64,000 nucleotides of DNA from Antedon mediterranea (lineage: Eukaryota > Animalia > Echinodermata): contig NC_092673.1 in the NCBI RefSeq assembly GCF_964355755.1, forward strand, positions 10,106,001 through 10,170,000. The letters are read 5' to 3'. Positions 1 through 13,549 of the stretch are shown here, one piece after another (position 1 is the stretch's first letter; each line of letters begins with the position of its first letter). The notes under the pieces are model-generated. The model was given only the letters and a program-made list of their open reading frames with translations. It was not told where the DNA came from and searched no databases. A program made the translations under genes and the position numbers.

Positions 1-130
1 ATATAACATTATTAAAAACCAAATGTTACTGTTTTTAATCAAATGTGTGTGAATGAAATGTAGTAAGCTTTGGCTAGGGCTACCTTTTATTTGATTCAAA
101 TAACTAGAATTTATTTAGATGTTATATAAA

Positions 131-292
131 ACAAATAATGAATGTTTTGTATTCGTGTAATGGTACAAATAATGGCACTTGGTGAATGATGAAAGGTTAT
201 ATCAACTCGGCTTTGCCTCGTTGATATAACCTTTCATCATTCACCTCGTGCCATTATTTGTACCATTGCACTCATAAACATTCATTATTTGT
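131..292. repeat. Near-perfect foldback palindrome (MITE-like hairpin)
   Basis: acaaataatgaatgttt (131-147) pairs with aaacattcattatttgt (276-292); the arms pair through to a central ctcggctttgcctcg. Confidence 0.85.
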
Positions 293-299
293 ATAATAT

Positions 300-2385
300 A
301 CTGGAGTTATTGTGGTTAGAGTGTTACACTGGTATTGGGAAAATTCTTATAGGTGTATATTACAGACCACCATCTTCCAATATTCAATACACAAATGCTT
401 TATACACCAATTTAGAAAAAGTACAAAGAAAAATGACTCAGTACAAATGGGTTTCGCTTATTGGTGATTTTAATATACATATTGAATGGAATGATATACA
501 GGTAGATAAAAGTAGTGGTATTACCGCCAGTGGCGACGTAAATCAGAGTGCCAAACTTCTCGAAACTACACTAACCAACATTTTAGATAAACATGCTCCT
601 TGGAAAAAACACAGGGTACGTAAAAAAATAGCTCCTTGGCTCTCTGATGATGTAATTGGAAATATGAGAGAAAGAGATAAACTCAAAAGAGAATGTAAAC
701 ATTCTAAAAATGAATCACTCTGGAAAAGGTACAGAAAGTATAGAAATATGTGCAATAAATTAATATGTAAAACTAAAAGTAAAGCTAATTTTATTCAAGA
801 AAGTATAAAAAGAAAATAAAAATGATGTAAAAAAAACATGGGATACCATAAGATATATTATATCGTCAAAAAAGAAAACTCAAACTATTCAAACAATTTG
901 CAATGATAATGGCGATGTCCTCTATAAAGCTAAGGACATCGCAAATGAAATTAATACATTTTTCTCAAATATAGGTTCAAATCTTGCATCACAAATACAT
1001 GAGCCGATAAATGATATAAATTATGATGAAATCGATGCTTTCACCGAAAATAATTTTGAATTCGTACACATCACATGTGAATTTGTATATAAATACTTAA
1101 GTATTCTTTCAAAAAACAAAGCCACTGGTCATGATAACTTACCACCGGGCATTCTAAAACTGTCTGCCCCGATTATATCCCCAACAATTACAAGAATCGT
1201 AAATCACTCCTTCACAACATGTAAATTCCCAAATACGTGGAAAATAGCAAAGGTCACGCCAATTTTTAAGAATGGTGAAAAAACTAACCCTAATAATTAT
1301 CGTCCCATTTCCGTCCTACCTATACTTTCAAAAATAATTGAACGAGTCGTTTTTAATCAACTTTATGCTTTTTTGAATAATAATAATCTGTTATGTATAA
1401 ATCAATCAGGTTTTCGACCATCATACTCAACATCTACTGCACTTACAAAAGTGACGGAAGACTGGTATAGTGCAATAGACGAGGGTAAGCGGGTCGGAAT
1501 CTGTTTACTAGATTTTAAAAAGGCCTTTGATACGGTAAACCATAACATACTATTAAGCAAATTGAGACTTGAGCTATTGTAACATAATTTGGGGAAATAG
1601 TAGTCAAACTCTAATGAAAAGAGTTCAAACTATCCAAAACAGAACAGCTCGAATCGTGTGTGGTCTAACATGGGACACACCTAGTAGTGAGGCACTAAGA
1701 CAAATTAATTGGTCACCTTTATTTTATCAAGATAGATATGAATGTTGTATGGTTATATATAAGGTTTTGACAGATAATGCCCCACCTTACCTAAATAATG
1801 TATTTACATACAATGATATAAATTATAATCTAAGGCACAGTGATACACATCTATTCATCCCGAAGCCAAAAACCGATTTAAAAAAACGAAGTCTGTCTTA
1901 TCGTGGAGCAATTATATGGAATAGTCTCAATGTTGATACCCTTCCAAATTCAGTTAAGTTGTTTAAAACGTATCTAAAAAATGCATTGTAAAACATAATG
2001 GTATGGTAATCTACGATGGTGTACATCCAACTTTTAAAATGGCTAAATACTATGTAAAATGTGTGTTTTATCACTATTATTTTAAGGTAAATGAAATCAA
2101 AAAGATTTATCATGTATTACAGTAGAATTCCAATAAATTATACACTTCGATAAGGGTTTCCGTTTACACGGGAAGTACCGGTATGGTGTACCCTAAATAG
2201 AGGTGTCAGATGAAGGGGATTCTGCTGTAATTTTGTTTCTTTTCAATTTCAATTTTTTCGTTTCTGTCGTATTTATATGGTGTTGATTTTTTTTTGTAAT
2301 ACAGTATCACGAACTTGTGTAAAAACAATCAATATTGATTGAACGAGTTGTACTGCACATCAGTCTCGTGTCTAAATAAAGTTTA
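300..2385 (+). mobile_element. Degenerate, internally deleted non-LTR retrotransposon (CR1/L2-group LINE ORF2)
   Basis: APE endonuclease motifs YYRPPSS and IGDFN (289-819); RT motifs QSGFRP and DFKKAFDTVNH (1373-1582); jumps directly to the C-terminal YCNIIWG...SYRGAIIWNSL (1569-1991), so the RT core is deleted. Confidence 0.85.
2120..2227. mobile_element. Short Tc1/mariner-like MITE
   Basis: Termini cagtagaattcc and ggattctgctg are imperfect inverted repeats; TA on both sides. Confidence 0.55.
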
Positions 2386-2805
2386 TATATACTGTATAAT
2401 TTATGTATTAACATGCTCGTCTGTATCTCAAATTTAGAGGATCAGCTGTGTCTGTAGTATCCAATAAGAATTTAGTGAAGTTCGAGAAGCAAGGAAGAGC
2501 AACCCTGTGTTGATCTGGGCCTCCATGCCTATTCATGGTAACAACGACGTTTGTAATTTTATGAAAAAAATGATACTTACTCAGGGTTGTAGCAAACTCT
2601 GACCAAAGCTCCCATGATGAAATCATTAATAAGCTTATTTATTACAATCAACACAATGGCCCATATTGGAAGACCAGGCGGATCATCCTAAAACACAACA
2701 TATTATTGGTTAAAGATGTGTTGTACAGTATGATGAATAAATTATTTTGCGGTAAACAATGCGTTTTCAAAAAGGAAATTAAGTAAACCTAAGTTGTCTC
2801 GGTAT

Positions 2806-5800
2806 TCAAATTCAAATATTCTTTATTCATCATCAACAATATATGAGAACATAAAATAAAGATGAAAAGAAAACACATAAAAACTCAAAAGAGCTTGATT
2901 AATTGTGTCCCCCTACGTCCCTAACTAGCCTAAAAACTAAAACATAAATAATTAAAAAAAGGTAAATCCTGCAACAAGTATTATTTTATAATTATTTGTA
3001 AAATGATAATAAATGTTCTTTAAACAATGATTTAAATATATATATATTGATTTGGTACTTTGTAGTTCGTAATTCAAGTCATTCCACAATTTAGGTCCCA
3101 CACATGACACAGTAAAACTAGTAGAAGTACGATTACGTTTTCTGAGTCTCATTTTGTCTTTAGATCTTGTATTATAATTATGGTAAGAACCATTTTTAAT
3201 AAAGAGCGATGAAAAACGCACGTCCTGATTAGTAGTAACATTATACATGAAAAGCCCAATTTGGTACCTATTGATATCCGCAATTTTAAGAAGTTTAAAT
3301 TTATAGAAACATTCAGTCATTGAATCATTAAACTTTGACCATGTTATAGCTCGTAATGCCCTTTTCTGGAGTTTAAATAACTCACCTAGATAACTTGGAA
3401 ATGTACTACACCATATTATGTTGCAATAATTTAATACTGGTTCAATGAGTGATTTGTATATTGTCCAGAGAGCATAGGTTGGTACAAAATGTCTTACTTT
3501 ATATAGTATGCCTACATATCGAGATATTTTCCTAGCTGTAACATTGATGTGATTCTTATATGTGAGAAATTCATCAATATGTACTCCAAGGAATTTAGTC
3601 GATTTAACTCATCTATTCTTTTATTGTTGACATAAATATTTACATTCTCAAATTTACTTGGATTTCACTGATTGCGGAAAATTATTTAATTAGTTTTTTT
3701 AACGTTGATTGATAGTTTATTGCACATGAACCAATCCGAAACATTTTTTAGTTCACCATTAACTAGATCTATGAGCGTATCCAAGTTTTCGTGAGATGCA
3801 GATATGTTTGTGTCGTCAGCAAATAAAACAAAAGATAACGAGTTTGAGCAATTAAATACATCGTTAATGTACAAAATAAAAAGTAGAGGCCCCAGAATTG
3901 AACCCTGTGGTACACCGCAATTTATATCCATCAAACACGAACTTGTGTTATCAATAGACGTAAATTGTTTCCTTCCACTAATATAGTTTCTAAACCATTT
4001 AAGTGCCGTGCCTCTTATGCCATAGTGTTCCAATTTTTTAGAAGTATATCATGGTTGATGGTGTCAAACGCTTTTGACAAATCAATAAATATACCGATGG
4101 TATTTTTTTTTCTTATCAAGCGCATCGGTTATTCGTTCAACCAGATCTATAACGGCCATAAAAGTAGAACTGTTTTTTCTGAAACCATATTGTGCATTAT
4201 TAAGGATGTTAAACTTTGTGATATAATTATTTACTCTAATTTGAACAATTTTTTCAAGAATTTTTGAAGCGGTAGGCAGAATAGAGATTGGCCTATAATT
4301 ACTGACGTCATTTTTATTGCCAGATTTAAAAATTGGAACTACTCTAGCTGCTTTCATACTATCAGGGACCATGCCTGTCTCAAGAGAGAGGTTAAAGATA
4401 TGTACAAGAGCAGCAGCAATAATATGTTTTAGAATGCGATTACTTAAGTTATCAACACCTTCTGAATTTGAATTTTTGATTTGACTAACTATTTCAATAA
4501 CCTCTTCTTCATTCGTAGGATTGAAAAATATAGATTCGGATTGACTCTCTTTCATATATTGTTTAAAGTCAGAATTGTTTACATTTGGTATTTTGTTTGG
4601 TAATTCATTTCCAATGTTGGAGAAGAGTCATTAAAAGCGTCAGACATACCTTTTGGATCACATACCAAAGTTTTATTACTATGGTTAATTACCTCATTTG
4701 GCCTAACACTCGATTTTTTTCTATTTAGAACTTCATTTAAAACTTTCCATGTTTGCTTTGAATCGTGTCGAGCCGCATCCAGTTTTTTGGAATAATATTG
4801 TTTTTTCCGAATTGTAATTAAATGAGTTAATTTGTTTTTGTACTTTTTATATATTTGTTTTAATAATTGTGTTGGGTTTTTAAGGTATTTTTTATAAAGT
4901 TTATTTTTCTTTTTTATTGAAATCAAAATTCCTGTTGTGATCCATGGTTTTTTCTTTGTATTACCATTTGGCTTATTACTTTTTGTAGGTATCTTATTAT
5001 CTATGAGATTGGATAGTTTTTTAATAAATAGGTTTCACGTCACTTTCAAAGCAATCTATGGAATGTGTAGGACTCGATTTATTTTCATATCGAGTCGTGC
5101 TCATAAAGTAGTATTGGAAAAAAGAACAAAATACAATCAATTCACCAAAGCTTTTAAGCAAAATGGCGTTCAACTAAATGACTAAAAACCGGCAGGTTAG
5201 CAATACAATAATAAAAAAAAAACACAATTTGCAATATAAAGAATCACAATAAAGCACACACACCAAACAATTAATGCAGTCTATAATTTATACAATAAAA
5301 TTCTGGTTTCAGGGCAAAAACAAGAAATCTCACAATTTCACATTCAATGTAATACCACATGGTAAGTTAGGTGGAATGCAGTTTGTTGAGATCGGAAAAT
5401 TTTGTTACGACAATCTTCTTATTATTCTTAGTTAGTAATAGTACATGTATGCGTCCATCTTGGGTCCAGACTGCGGTCAAGGCGGAATTATGCTGGGTTT
5501 TGATGGTTCTTAACAATTTCATTCTTTTCATTGTTAGGTTCTCGTGTATAAAGGTATCAGTTTTCTTTTTGCTTTATAAACTTCATTTCTTTTATTGTAT
5601 TGAGCGAACTTCACAATAACTCCCCGGGGCTTGCCGTTACTTGGTTTCTTGGGGCCTAGTCTGTGACTCCTATCAATGTCATTATGATTCACCGTAAGGT
5701 TCATCTTAGAACTAAATAATTGTGTAACAATTTTATCGGTATTCTCACCTACTTACAGAGTAGTTACAGAGTGATTTAAATAAGATTTATGAATGGTCAG

Positions 5801-6920
5801 TTTTAAATAAACTACCATTAAATGCATCAAAATGTGCAGCAATGAGTTTATCCAGGTGTAAAGATCCCATCATATTTGCTTACAATATCAATTCCGATTC
5901 AACGGAAAGAGTCCATGAATTCAAACTACTTGGTGTATATATCAACAGTAAATTAACATGCCACTCTCATGTAGATTATGTTTGTAGTAAGGCAAGCAAA
6001 CTTCTTGGTTTTGTTTCAAGATGTAGTAAAGCAATGTCTTGGATGGCAATGCTAAATCTTTACAAAGCACTAATACTACCTGTTGTGACTTACTGTTGTT
6101 GTATGTGGGCACCTACTGAAATATCTCATATGTATAGACTTGAAAGGGTTCAGAGAAAGGCCACTAGAATAATTATGTACAGAAAAGAAGGAAATTGGGA
6201 CACTTCATATTTATATAGGTTAAAGACCCTAAATATTTTAAGTATTGAAGATATATTTAAAGTGTATAGACTCACATTAGGTTTTAAAATAATGAATGCA
6301 TGGCCTCTGTCCATCATCCTTTAATGAGTTTGTGAGATCAAGTGAGAGGTGTGAAGGGCGGTTAATACATTGGAAGGCAAAGACCAATACATTTTTAAAT
6401 TCATCGTTTGTTATTTTCCCTAGATTATGGGAGCAACTTCCCAATGAAATTAAACAATGTGCTACAATTTCAGACTTTAAAGCCCAACTCATCAAACATT
6501 TGATCTCAAAATATTAAGTTGTACTGTAATTGTTTATATTGTTTATTCAATGCAGCTTATTTTTAATTGGTGTATCTCATTATAACTTTGTTTTGTTTTG
6601 TTTTATTTTGACTTAATTTGTGCTACTTAGTTTTGTTATTTTTGTATTTTATAAGTAATGATGGAGTAAGAGCAGTTTTCTGTTTGGGCTCATGCCTATT
6701 ACTTGCTCCTGGCAAGATGAATTGTAAAATGTACTTTATGAACTTTTGCCGAATAAATATTATTAAATATTATTATTATTACTTTCTCCTCCAGTCCGTG
6801 TATCACCAAACAGTTCCTCCTGGAATATTGTTCACTTTCATCCAGTGATTCCCTAATGTCTTCGATTTCCTGTTCCATTTTCTTCATGCGATCATTCGAC
6901 TCGTCAAGTCTCTGGTGATT
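2806..6920 (-). mobile_element. Degenerate LINE (CR1/L2 group) with ORF1 and ORF2 remnants, in an intron of copy A
   Basis: ORF1-type EQYSRRNCLVIHGLEEK (6781-6900) continues GENTDK...DIDRSHRLG...WTQDGRI (5400-5750); RT YRPISILP, QYGFR, GVPQGSILGP, FADDT (3686-4926); C-terminus 2952-3320; ttcaaa-type tail near 2806; endonuclease missing. Confidence 0.85.
5755..6779 (+). mobile_element. 5'-truncated CR1-like LINE nested in the ORF1 of the previous LINE
   Basis: ORF2 C-terminus LLGVYI...LERVQRKATR; (TAT)n tail at ~6768-6780; TACTT duplicated at 5750-5754 and 6780-6784; removing it restores GLEEKVGENTDK. Confidence 0.85.
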
Positions 6921-7002
6921 ATAGCATAACAAATGAAAAATCAAGATTACCTTATTTTACTTCATTTTAGGAAACGCACTGTGTACCACAACAATTTACT
7001 AT

Positions 7003-8820
7003 TAGTCAGGTGGCTTAGCGACTAAAACGTTACACAGTGGACAAAAGCACCAAATTTTGCATTCGAGGCTTCTTTTAGACGTACTAATTGATTTTTGCCT
7101 AGGAGCCACCCAATCAGCTTCCGATTTTCCAAGATGGCGTCCAAAATCCAAAATGGCTGCCAGAAATTCATATATCTCTGGCTGTAAAAGTTACAATAGA
7201 CAAATAATGTACTGAATCAAGAATTTCTGAGGTCAGTAAAACCAATTCAGGAAATATTATATAAAGTGAGTTCCAAGATGGCACCCAAAAATGAAAAAAA
7301 TGGTAGCCATTGATATTGAAATACATATAATCGTATACAAAGTCACAAATAGTCCATTCCTAATGTATTTTAGTCTGCAAATCAGAAGGAAAGTGCAAGC
7401 ATTGCATTTTATGAAATTTTTAACCATGCTAGTTATAAAAACCCATGTTATCAAATTTCTAATGTTTTCTTTGACCTTTGACCTCAATTTGAATATTTTA
7501 ATCCAATTGAAAACAAAATAACCATATCTCCGCAACGCTTACATTAAATTAAATCATTTTAGTGTCAAATTATTTGGAAGATGCTTATTAATATTCGTCC
7601 TAATGGAAACATTTATCAAAAATGGCCGGAAGTATGATTTTTGGTATTTTTGACCTTTGACCTGCATGTCATATAACTTGGTAACTAACAGTTGGACAAA
7701 CTTTAAATAGGTCTCAAATTAATCAGAAGATGGATGTTTCTATTCAGTGTAATACAAACTTTTCCAAGAAAATGACCCAGATTCTTGTTATTGACCTGTA
7801 CTGGTAGTACACATTTCTATATCTCGAAAACTAGTGGTCGTAAAAATTCTTTATGAGAAATTGTTAAAAAAATATATATTTACATGTTTTATAATAAAAC
7901 AGTTTCTATGAAAATGTAAAAGAATCCGATTTATGACTAAACTAAATTTGTAATTTGTTAACATCCAATTAAAATGTGTTATATTTGCTGATTTTAGGCA
8001 CTTAACGTAAATTTATCTAAACTATGGATATTTAATGTAAAATTTGTTTTCTTTGTAATTATCTATCAAATAAGACCATTTAAAAAATATTCTGACAAAA
8101 ACTTAGTTAGTCACAGGTCAAAAAGTGTACTTTTACTTATGTCAACAGTGCTCTCAATCTTTATTTTCCCCAAAAATACCACATTTTATGTGGTTTCAGC
8201 CCGGGTTTCAGAAACTGAATTGGTTACTGAATAGATTTTTTTTACAGTTACTTGTAATTTACATACCACCTCTACCATTTACTACAGCTACTTCATTTAC
8301 ATATTACTTCTGCCGTCCACAGATACTGTATGTGATTTCCTAGTTGACTGGCAGCCATTTTGGATTTTTCCCACCATCTTTGCAACGAGTGACCTATATT
8401 ATGTACCATGTCTAAATTATGTTTCAATGACCATGATTAGGCCTACTCCATGTTTTCCTACTTCGTTTGATACCTATATGCGATTTCTGCAACCAGAATG
8501 ATATTCCAGTTTAGGCTACTGGCAGCCATGTTGGATTTTGGCTACCATCTTAACAACGAATGACCCATGTCATGCAACATGTCTAAAATATGTTTCAATG
8601 ACCATGAATACTTATATTTTGATTGTTCATTTGCCTATATGTGACTTCTGGAACAAATGAAATGTGATTTTCCAATGTATTGATCTTGAAAAATAAATTA
8701 CGACCAGAGTAGCTCCTAGGCAAAAATCAATTGGTAGGTCTCAACGAAGCTCCATGCCAAATTTGGCGCTTTTGTCCACCGTGTAACGATTTCCTCATTT
8801 TTTGTTAAGCCACCTGACTA
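7003..8820. mobile_element. Non-autonomous Academ-like DNA transposon
   Basis: Termini tagtcaggtggctta and taagccacctgacta, ~110-bp imperfect TIRs, 3-bp TSD TAT; TAG...CTA ends with a 3-4 bp TSD fit Academ. Confidence 0.75.
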
Positions 8821-9027
8821 TATTGAATGATATTAAATAAATTTACCATACAGTATAGGCATATTAATAATTAATTCTAAATTTTTATGAAATAAATTAA
8901 TGCAATAAATAAATACTGGTTGTATAAATAAAACAAACTCTTTGACTTACAACTTCAGACTCATAAAGTTCACCATCAAGCAATATATAATTTGGATCTG
9001 CTTCAAGAACATGTCCATCAAAGGTAT

Positions 9028-9425
9028 GATATGCGATCTGCATCAAGGTCACTATAAATGGCTTCTTGTGTATTTGCAGTATCTCCAGTAATTATAAAAT
9101 CAATGATTGAACCTGAAATGATGGAAAAAGTTGTACAATGTTAATGATGATATGCGACCTGCAGTGAGGTCATGATGAAGGACTTCCTTTGTTTTTTTTA
9201 TCTCCGCCATTATGAACCTGAACTGACGAAGTTTTGTAAAAAGAGGTTAATTATATGCGACCTGCAGTGAGATCACAATGAATGACTTCCTTTGTTTGTT
9301 TAGTATCTCTGTCATATATGAACCTGAGCTAACAAAATGTTGTAAAAAGACTAAGAATGATATGCAACCTGCTGTGAGGTCATGATAAATTATTTGGTTA
9401 TTTTTTGCAGTATCTCCAGTCATCC
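9028..9425. repeat. Four degenerate ~100-120-bp tandem copies of an exon/acceptor segment
   Basis: atatgc(g/a)a(t/c)ctgc...ggtca recurs at ~9029, 9150, 9253 and 9360, with gaacctga in the first three units; the first unit lies in the 8951-9113 exon. Confidence 0.7.
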
Positions 9426-11163
9426 AATAGTTAATGAAGATAGAACCAAGTGAGAAACATCCTTAAACAAACATTGAACTGATTAGTACCAAACTTAGAT
9501 TGTGAACTTACCTTCACTGATTTCTACTGAAGAAATAGTGACATTTAAATATGAAACATCAAAGTTATTAATGAAGTTGATTTCAAGATAGTCTTCTTTT
9601 CCTGCGGCAACTGTTGCATAATCTCCGTAAAACTTCAAGACTACTTTAACTGGATTTTCTTTATGCTTATCAACATTGCTTACATCAAATGGATCTAACT
9701 TTGCAGACAATAGTCACTAATTGGGATTGTAACTTTGTAAGACATTGAAAACCAGTAGCACTGATCGATTAGTTGTAGAAGACACGTTGTGCTGATGTCA
9801 GGTCCACTTGAGTAGTTTTCTGGCATGTATAAACTTATGGTAGCTGTCCAGTTGTAATCCTAACAATAGGACATATTGGAACTTTGGAAAGTGAATGGAA
9901 ATTTGAATTTTGAGCTTTAATGAGGAAGTTTGTAACTAGGTGTGGTTATTATTGAAAATGGCATTTTAGCTTAATAAAAACTTGAAACTTATTGGGTGTG
10001 GTACTATAAATTAAGCTAATGCTCTTGTGACCCACAATCAGATTATGCCTAGAATATTATATTTATCCTTGTTTGACCAATGTTTGACCAATGTTTGACC
10101 AATATTTATCCAATTGTTCTGACGGTTGTCTTTAATTTGAGGTGATTTATACAGCCGATCTGTAGTCTGTAATTGGATTTTTATGGGAGTGACTTGAAGG
10201 TACTTTTGGCTAGTCTTCAACATAAGTTGCTCTTAGAGTGGATACGATAGTCTACAATTAAAGATGCTTTTAAAATTTCTCTATCCCACTTAAATGCATC
10301 ACAATCCATGTCCACGCAATCAGAAGGATTAACTTTACTGTTAAGATTAAATGAAAAGTATTGTAGGTAAGTGTACTAGGTTGATGAAAATAATGCAACT
10401 AGCAAGTAAGGATACACAATGATTTACAATTACGTAACTTGGATAAATGCAAGTGGTCCGTAGATATATAGGATAAATACTATTAATACTACCCTAAATT
10501 AGATATATGTATGTAAACCCTGTTCTCGTCTGACTGTTTACCATCTTTGTACCTACAGCGGACATTGGGTGAATACCATCATTTGATAGATTGGTCATAA
10601 TAGCGTAATGATCTTTCTTACACGCAGTATCAAAATGAGCAAATGTGACATCTATTGATAAGAGAAAGAGAAAAATACCTTTATTTGTAAATGAATAAGT
10701 AGGTTGAAATATATTCATTTGGTATTGTTTCACCAAAAATGTATTCTGATACTAAAACAGTACTAAGGGACAACCTCAACATTACGGTGGTGATAACTTG
10801 GATACAATAGCATTTTTATGTTTATCCAAACAAGCATTCAGCTTCATGTGTAAACAGCATGAGTATAATACATTGTAACCTTGCATTTTTTCCTGTAATA
10901 GAATTCAAACAATGGCAGTTGTTGGTTTGTCCAAGTAAGGACCAGATTATGTCATGCTTTTACATACCTTGCAATCTTGTGCTTCCAGCAATAGCTGGGT
11001 AATTATGTATACCATGAAATGGAAAAAATGGAGCACCATTATCACCAGACATGAAACTTGCCCTCACGTATCCAGCATTTCCGTTGTCGAGACCACGAGG
11101 TGCACGCTGTTTTGCACTTTGACCTGCATTCTCCGGTTGATTCTGAAATATGGGAAAATGTAA

Positions 11164-13303
11164 GGCTAAATAAAATTAATAACCAGTTTATCGTCTGGGA
11201 TTTTTTTTAAAAACGATGAGGGAGGCCCTTTTTATTTTTTATTTAAATTTATGCAAATTTTTCCAATATGGCCGCCAACTTATATTTTTATTCTTACATT
11301 TCTTAAACTCTAAAATGTATGTAAATAAAAATACACTTGAAAACAGTCTCATTTGAATACTAATAATTTTAATTAAGCTTTACCAAGGTATAACCTAGTA
11401 CAAAGCTTAAAATTAATATTATTTCTATTTAAAGTTCAGCATAGTTCTTTTGTCTTGGCAGCTTTGCCTCCATCCTTGCATCCATCGCATATAGGATAGC
11501 TCCCTGCTTCTTCGATTAAATTATGCTCGCTGCCACAGTATAGGCACAAGGGATGTTACAAAGTAAGCTGCCTCTATTGGATCTATACCTTTAAGTTTAT
11601 CATTAATGAAGACAATTTTAAATATAGATTCGTCTGCATTCTCAATGTCTTGAAAGCTGTTCCCACAAGTAAATGACAATGTGTCAAGCTCTCGCTCTAG
11701 CTTCTGGTCCCTCTTCAGCACTCGGTCTGTGTAGCACACTCTCCACTTGAGGCATTCTTCACACTATTGAAAGATGAAAAATGTATGAAAGTCGTTTTTA
11801 ACAATGTTCGAAAATGGAAAATGCAGTAAGTATACCTGAATATTGAAAGAAATTTTATTTTGTGTACTGTAGTATCATACACAAAACATGTACATGTAAA
11901 CTGTACAACCGTCTTGGCGTTGTTTGATTTCTGTGATGACGGCGAGAAAGGCACGGTGTGTCGTCCGGAAGCCTTCAAGAGTTTAGATGGGACATACAAC
12001 TCCTCTCCTTCTTTACCATACAACTCCTGAAAATATATATATTGTATATCATACCATTCTCTATTCAATTTGGAAAAACATTAGAAGCACATTATTAACA
12101 AAACATAAGTTCATATAATGCTCACCTCAAAGTGTAGGTACTTTTCCTGCTTTGGTATTGGAAATGGCAGGTGATTCAGTTGGCCAAACACCTCTGGCAC
12201 AGTTCTTGGTGTCCCACACACACATCCATTATGGCCACATTTCTTGATTGACACAATGGTAACACAATGGGTCTTCATGAAGTCAGTTATATGTCTTGAA
12301 AGTTTACAGGGTATTGATGCGTTCATTAGAATTTCTGGATTAAAGTTTTTATCAATTAGATTGATCTTCTTTACAATTATTAACATTTCTTCTTTCACAG
12401 CTGGACTAAATACTTTGAAATTTTTACCTTTCAGTTGTAGTTGTAGTAGTCTTTAATCTCTGCAGTATTAACCTTGCCCAGTTCTCTAATTGCTTTGATA
12501 CTATTTGCTGCTTCAAAGATGCTGTTTTTTCCCTCATTACACCAACTCCCTGCAGCCCCAAGTTGAGATTTGACATGATTCATTCAACCGAATTCTTCCA
12601 GCTGTGGTGGGCTGGTGTCTGTACAAGGATTAACTGGTCCAAGTCTCTGTGTAGGAAATATGCCAACTGTAGCCTAGTAACTGAGTCCTTGGAAAACGCA
12701 AATTGTGGTCTGGGCCACCATCGTGATATATGGCACTCTATGGGAAATTGCTCATCCCTTCTATTTATTAATTATTGGTCCAATTCTGCAGCATGTCTTA
12801 TCGCACTCGATGGTTCAAATACATTTTCCTTCAGGCCTACATACACCTGACCATCGTTTTGCGAATCAAAACACAAACAAATACCCCCATTTTATCGTAG
12901 TTCAACAAAGAGTAATTAAAAAATCACGACGAACGAATAATAAAGATTCTCTGTGTACCGTGGAAACAAAACCGGGCAATGTCAAGTCGGTCGGGCCTCG
13001 CTGTTCCAGACTGTGTACCAATGTCATACTAATTAGTCACGCGTGTTGCACACTGCAAAACGGCTGCTGCATGTCTAAGTAAGGTTTACCTTATTCGACC
13101 CGAGCCTAGTACACGATGTGTGGGCTGTACTCGTACGGTATCTAGACCTACAGTATTTGGATTACGATTTACGGAAAAGTTAACATTTTGTAATATAAAT
13201 TCTAGTCAAATAATTCAAACATAAAAAATAAAATAAAAACCGATACGGTGCCAAAAATCGGCGCGGGCGGGGGCGATAAACTGGTTATAAATTTTATTTG
13301 GCC
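11164..13303 (-). mobile_element. Zator-like DNA transposon with decayed transposase
   Basis: TIRs ggctaaataaaattaataaccagtttatc and gataaactggttataaattttatttggcc; TSD TAA; empty site in copy B at ~23518; minus-strand YHDGGPDHNL and QTPAHHSWKNSVE*IMSNLNLGLQGVG (~12540-12730), plus a Cys-rich C-terminus. Confidence 0.75.
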
Positions 13304-13549
13304 TAATATTTTTATCAGAATTTATAAATTAAGTGACTGATTACACAATGAAATGGCATTATCAGTACACGTTAGGAAAAAGAAGGTAGAAAGTCCTTTG
13401 ACAAATTGCCTTATGAAAGTCAAGTATGCATGTATAATTTATTTGACAGAATGTAAAAAAATAGTCCCCCAAACTGACAATATAATAAACATTTAAAAAA
13501 AAAACATAACTAAATGCATCTTTTAAATTGAATAATAAAAATGTTCATA

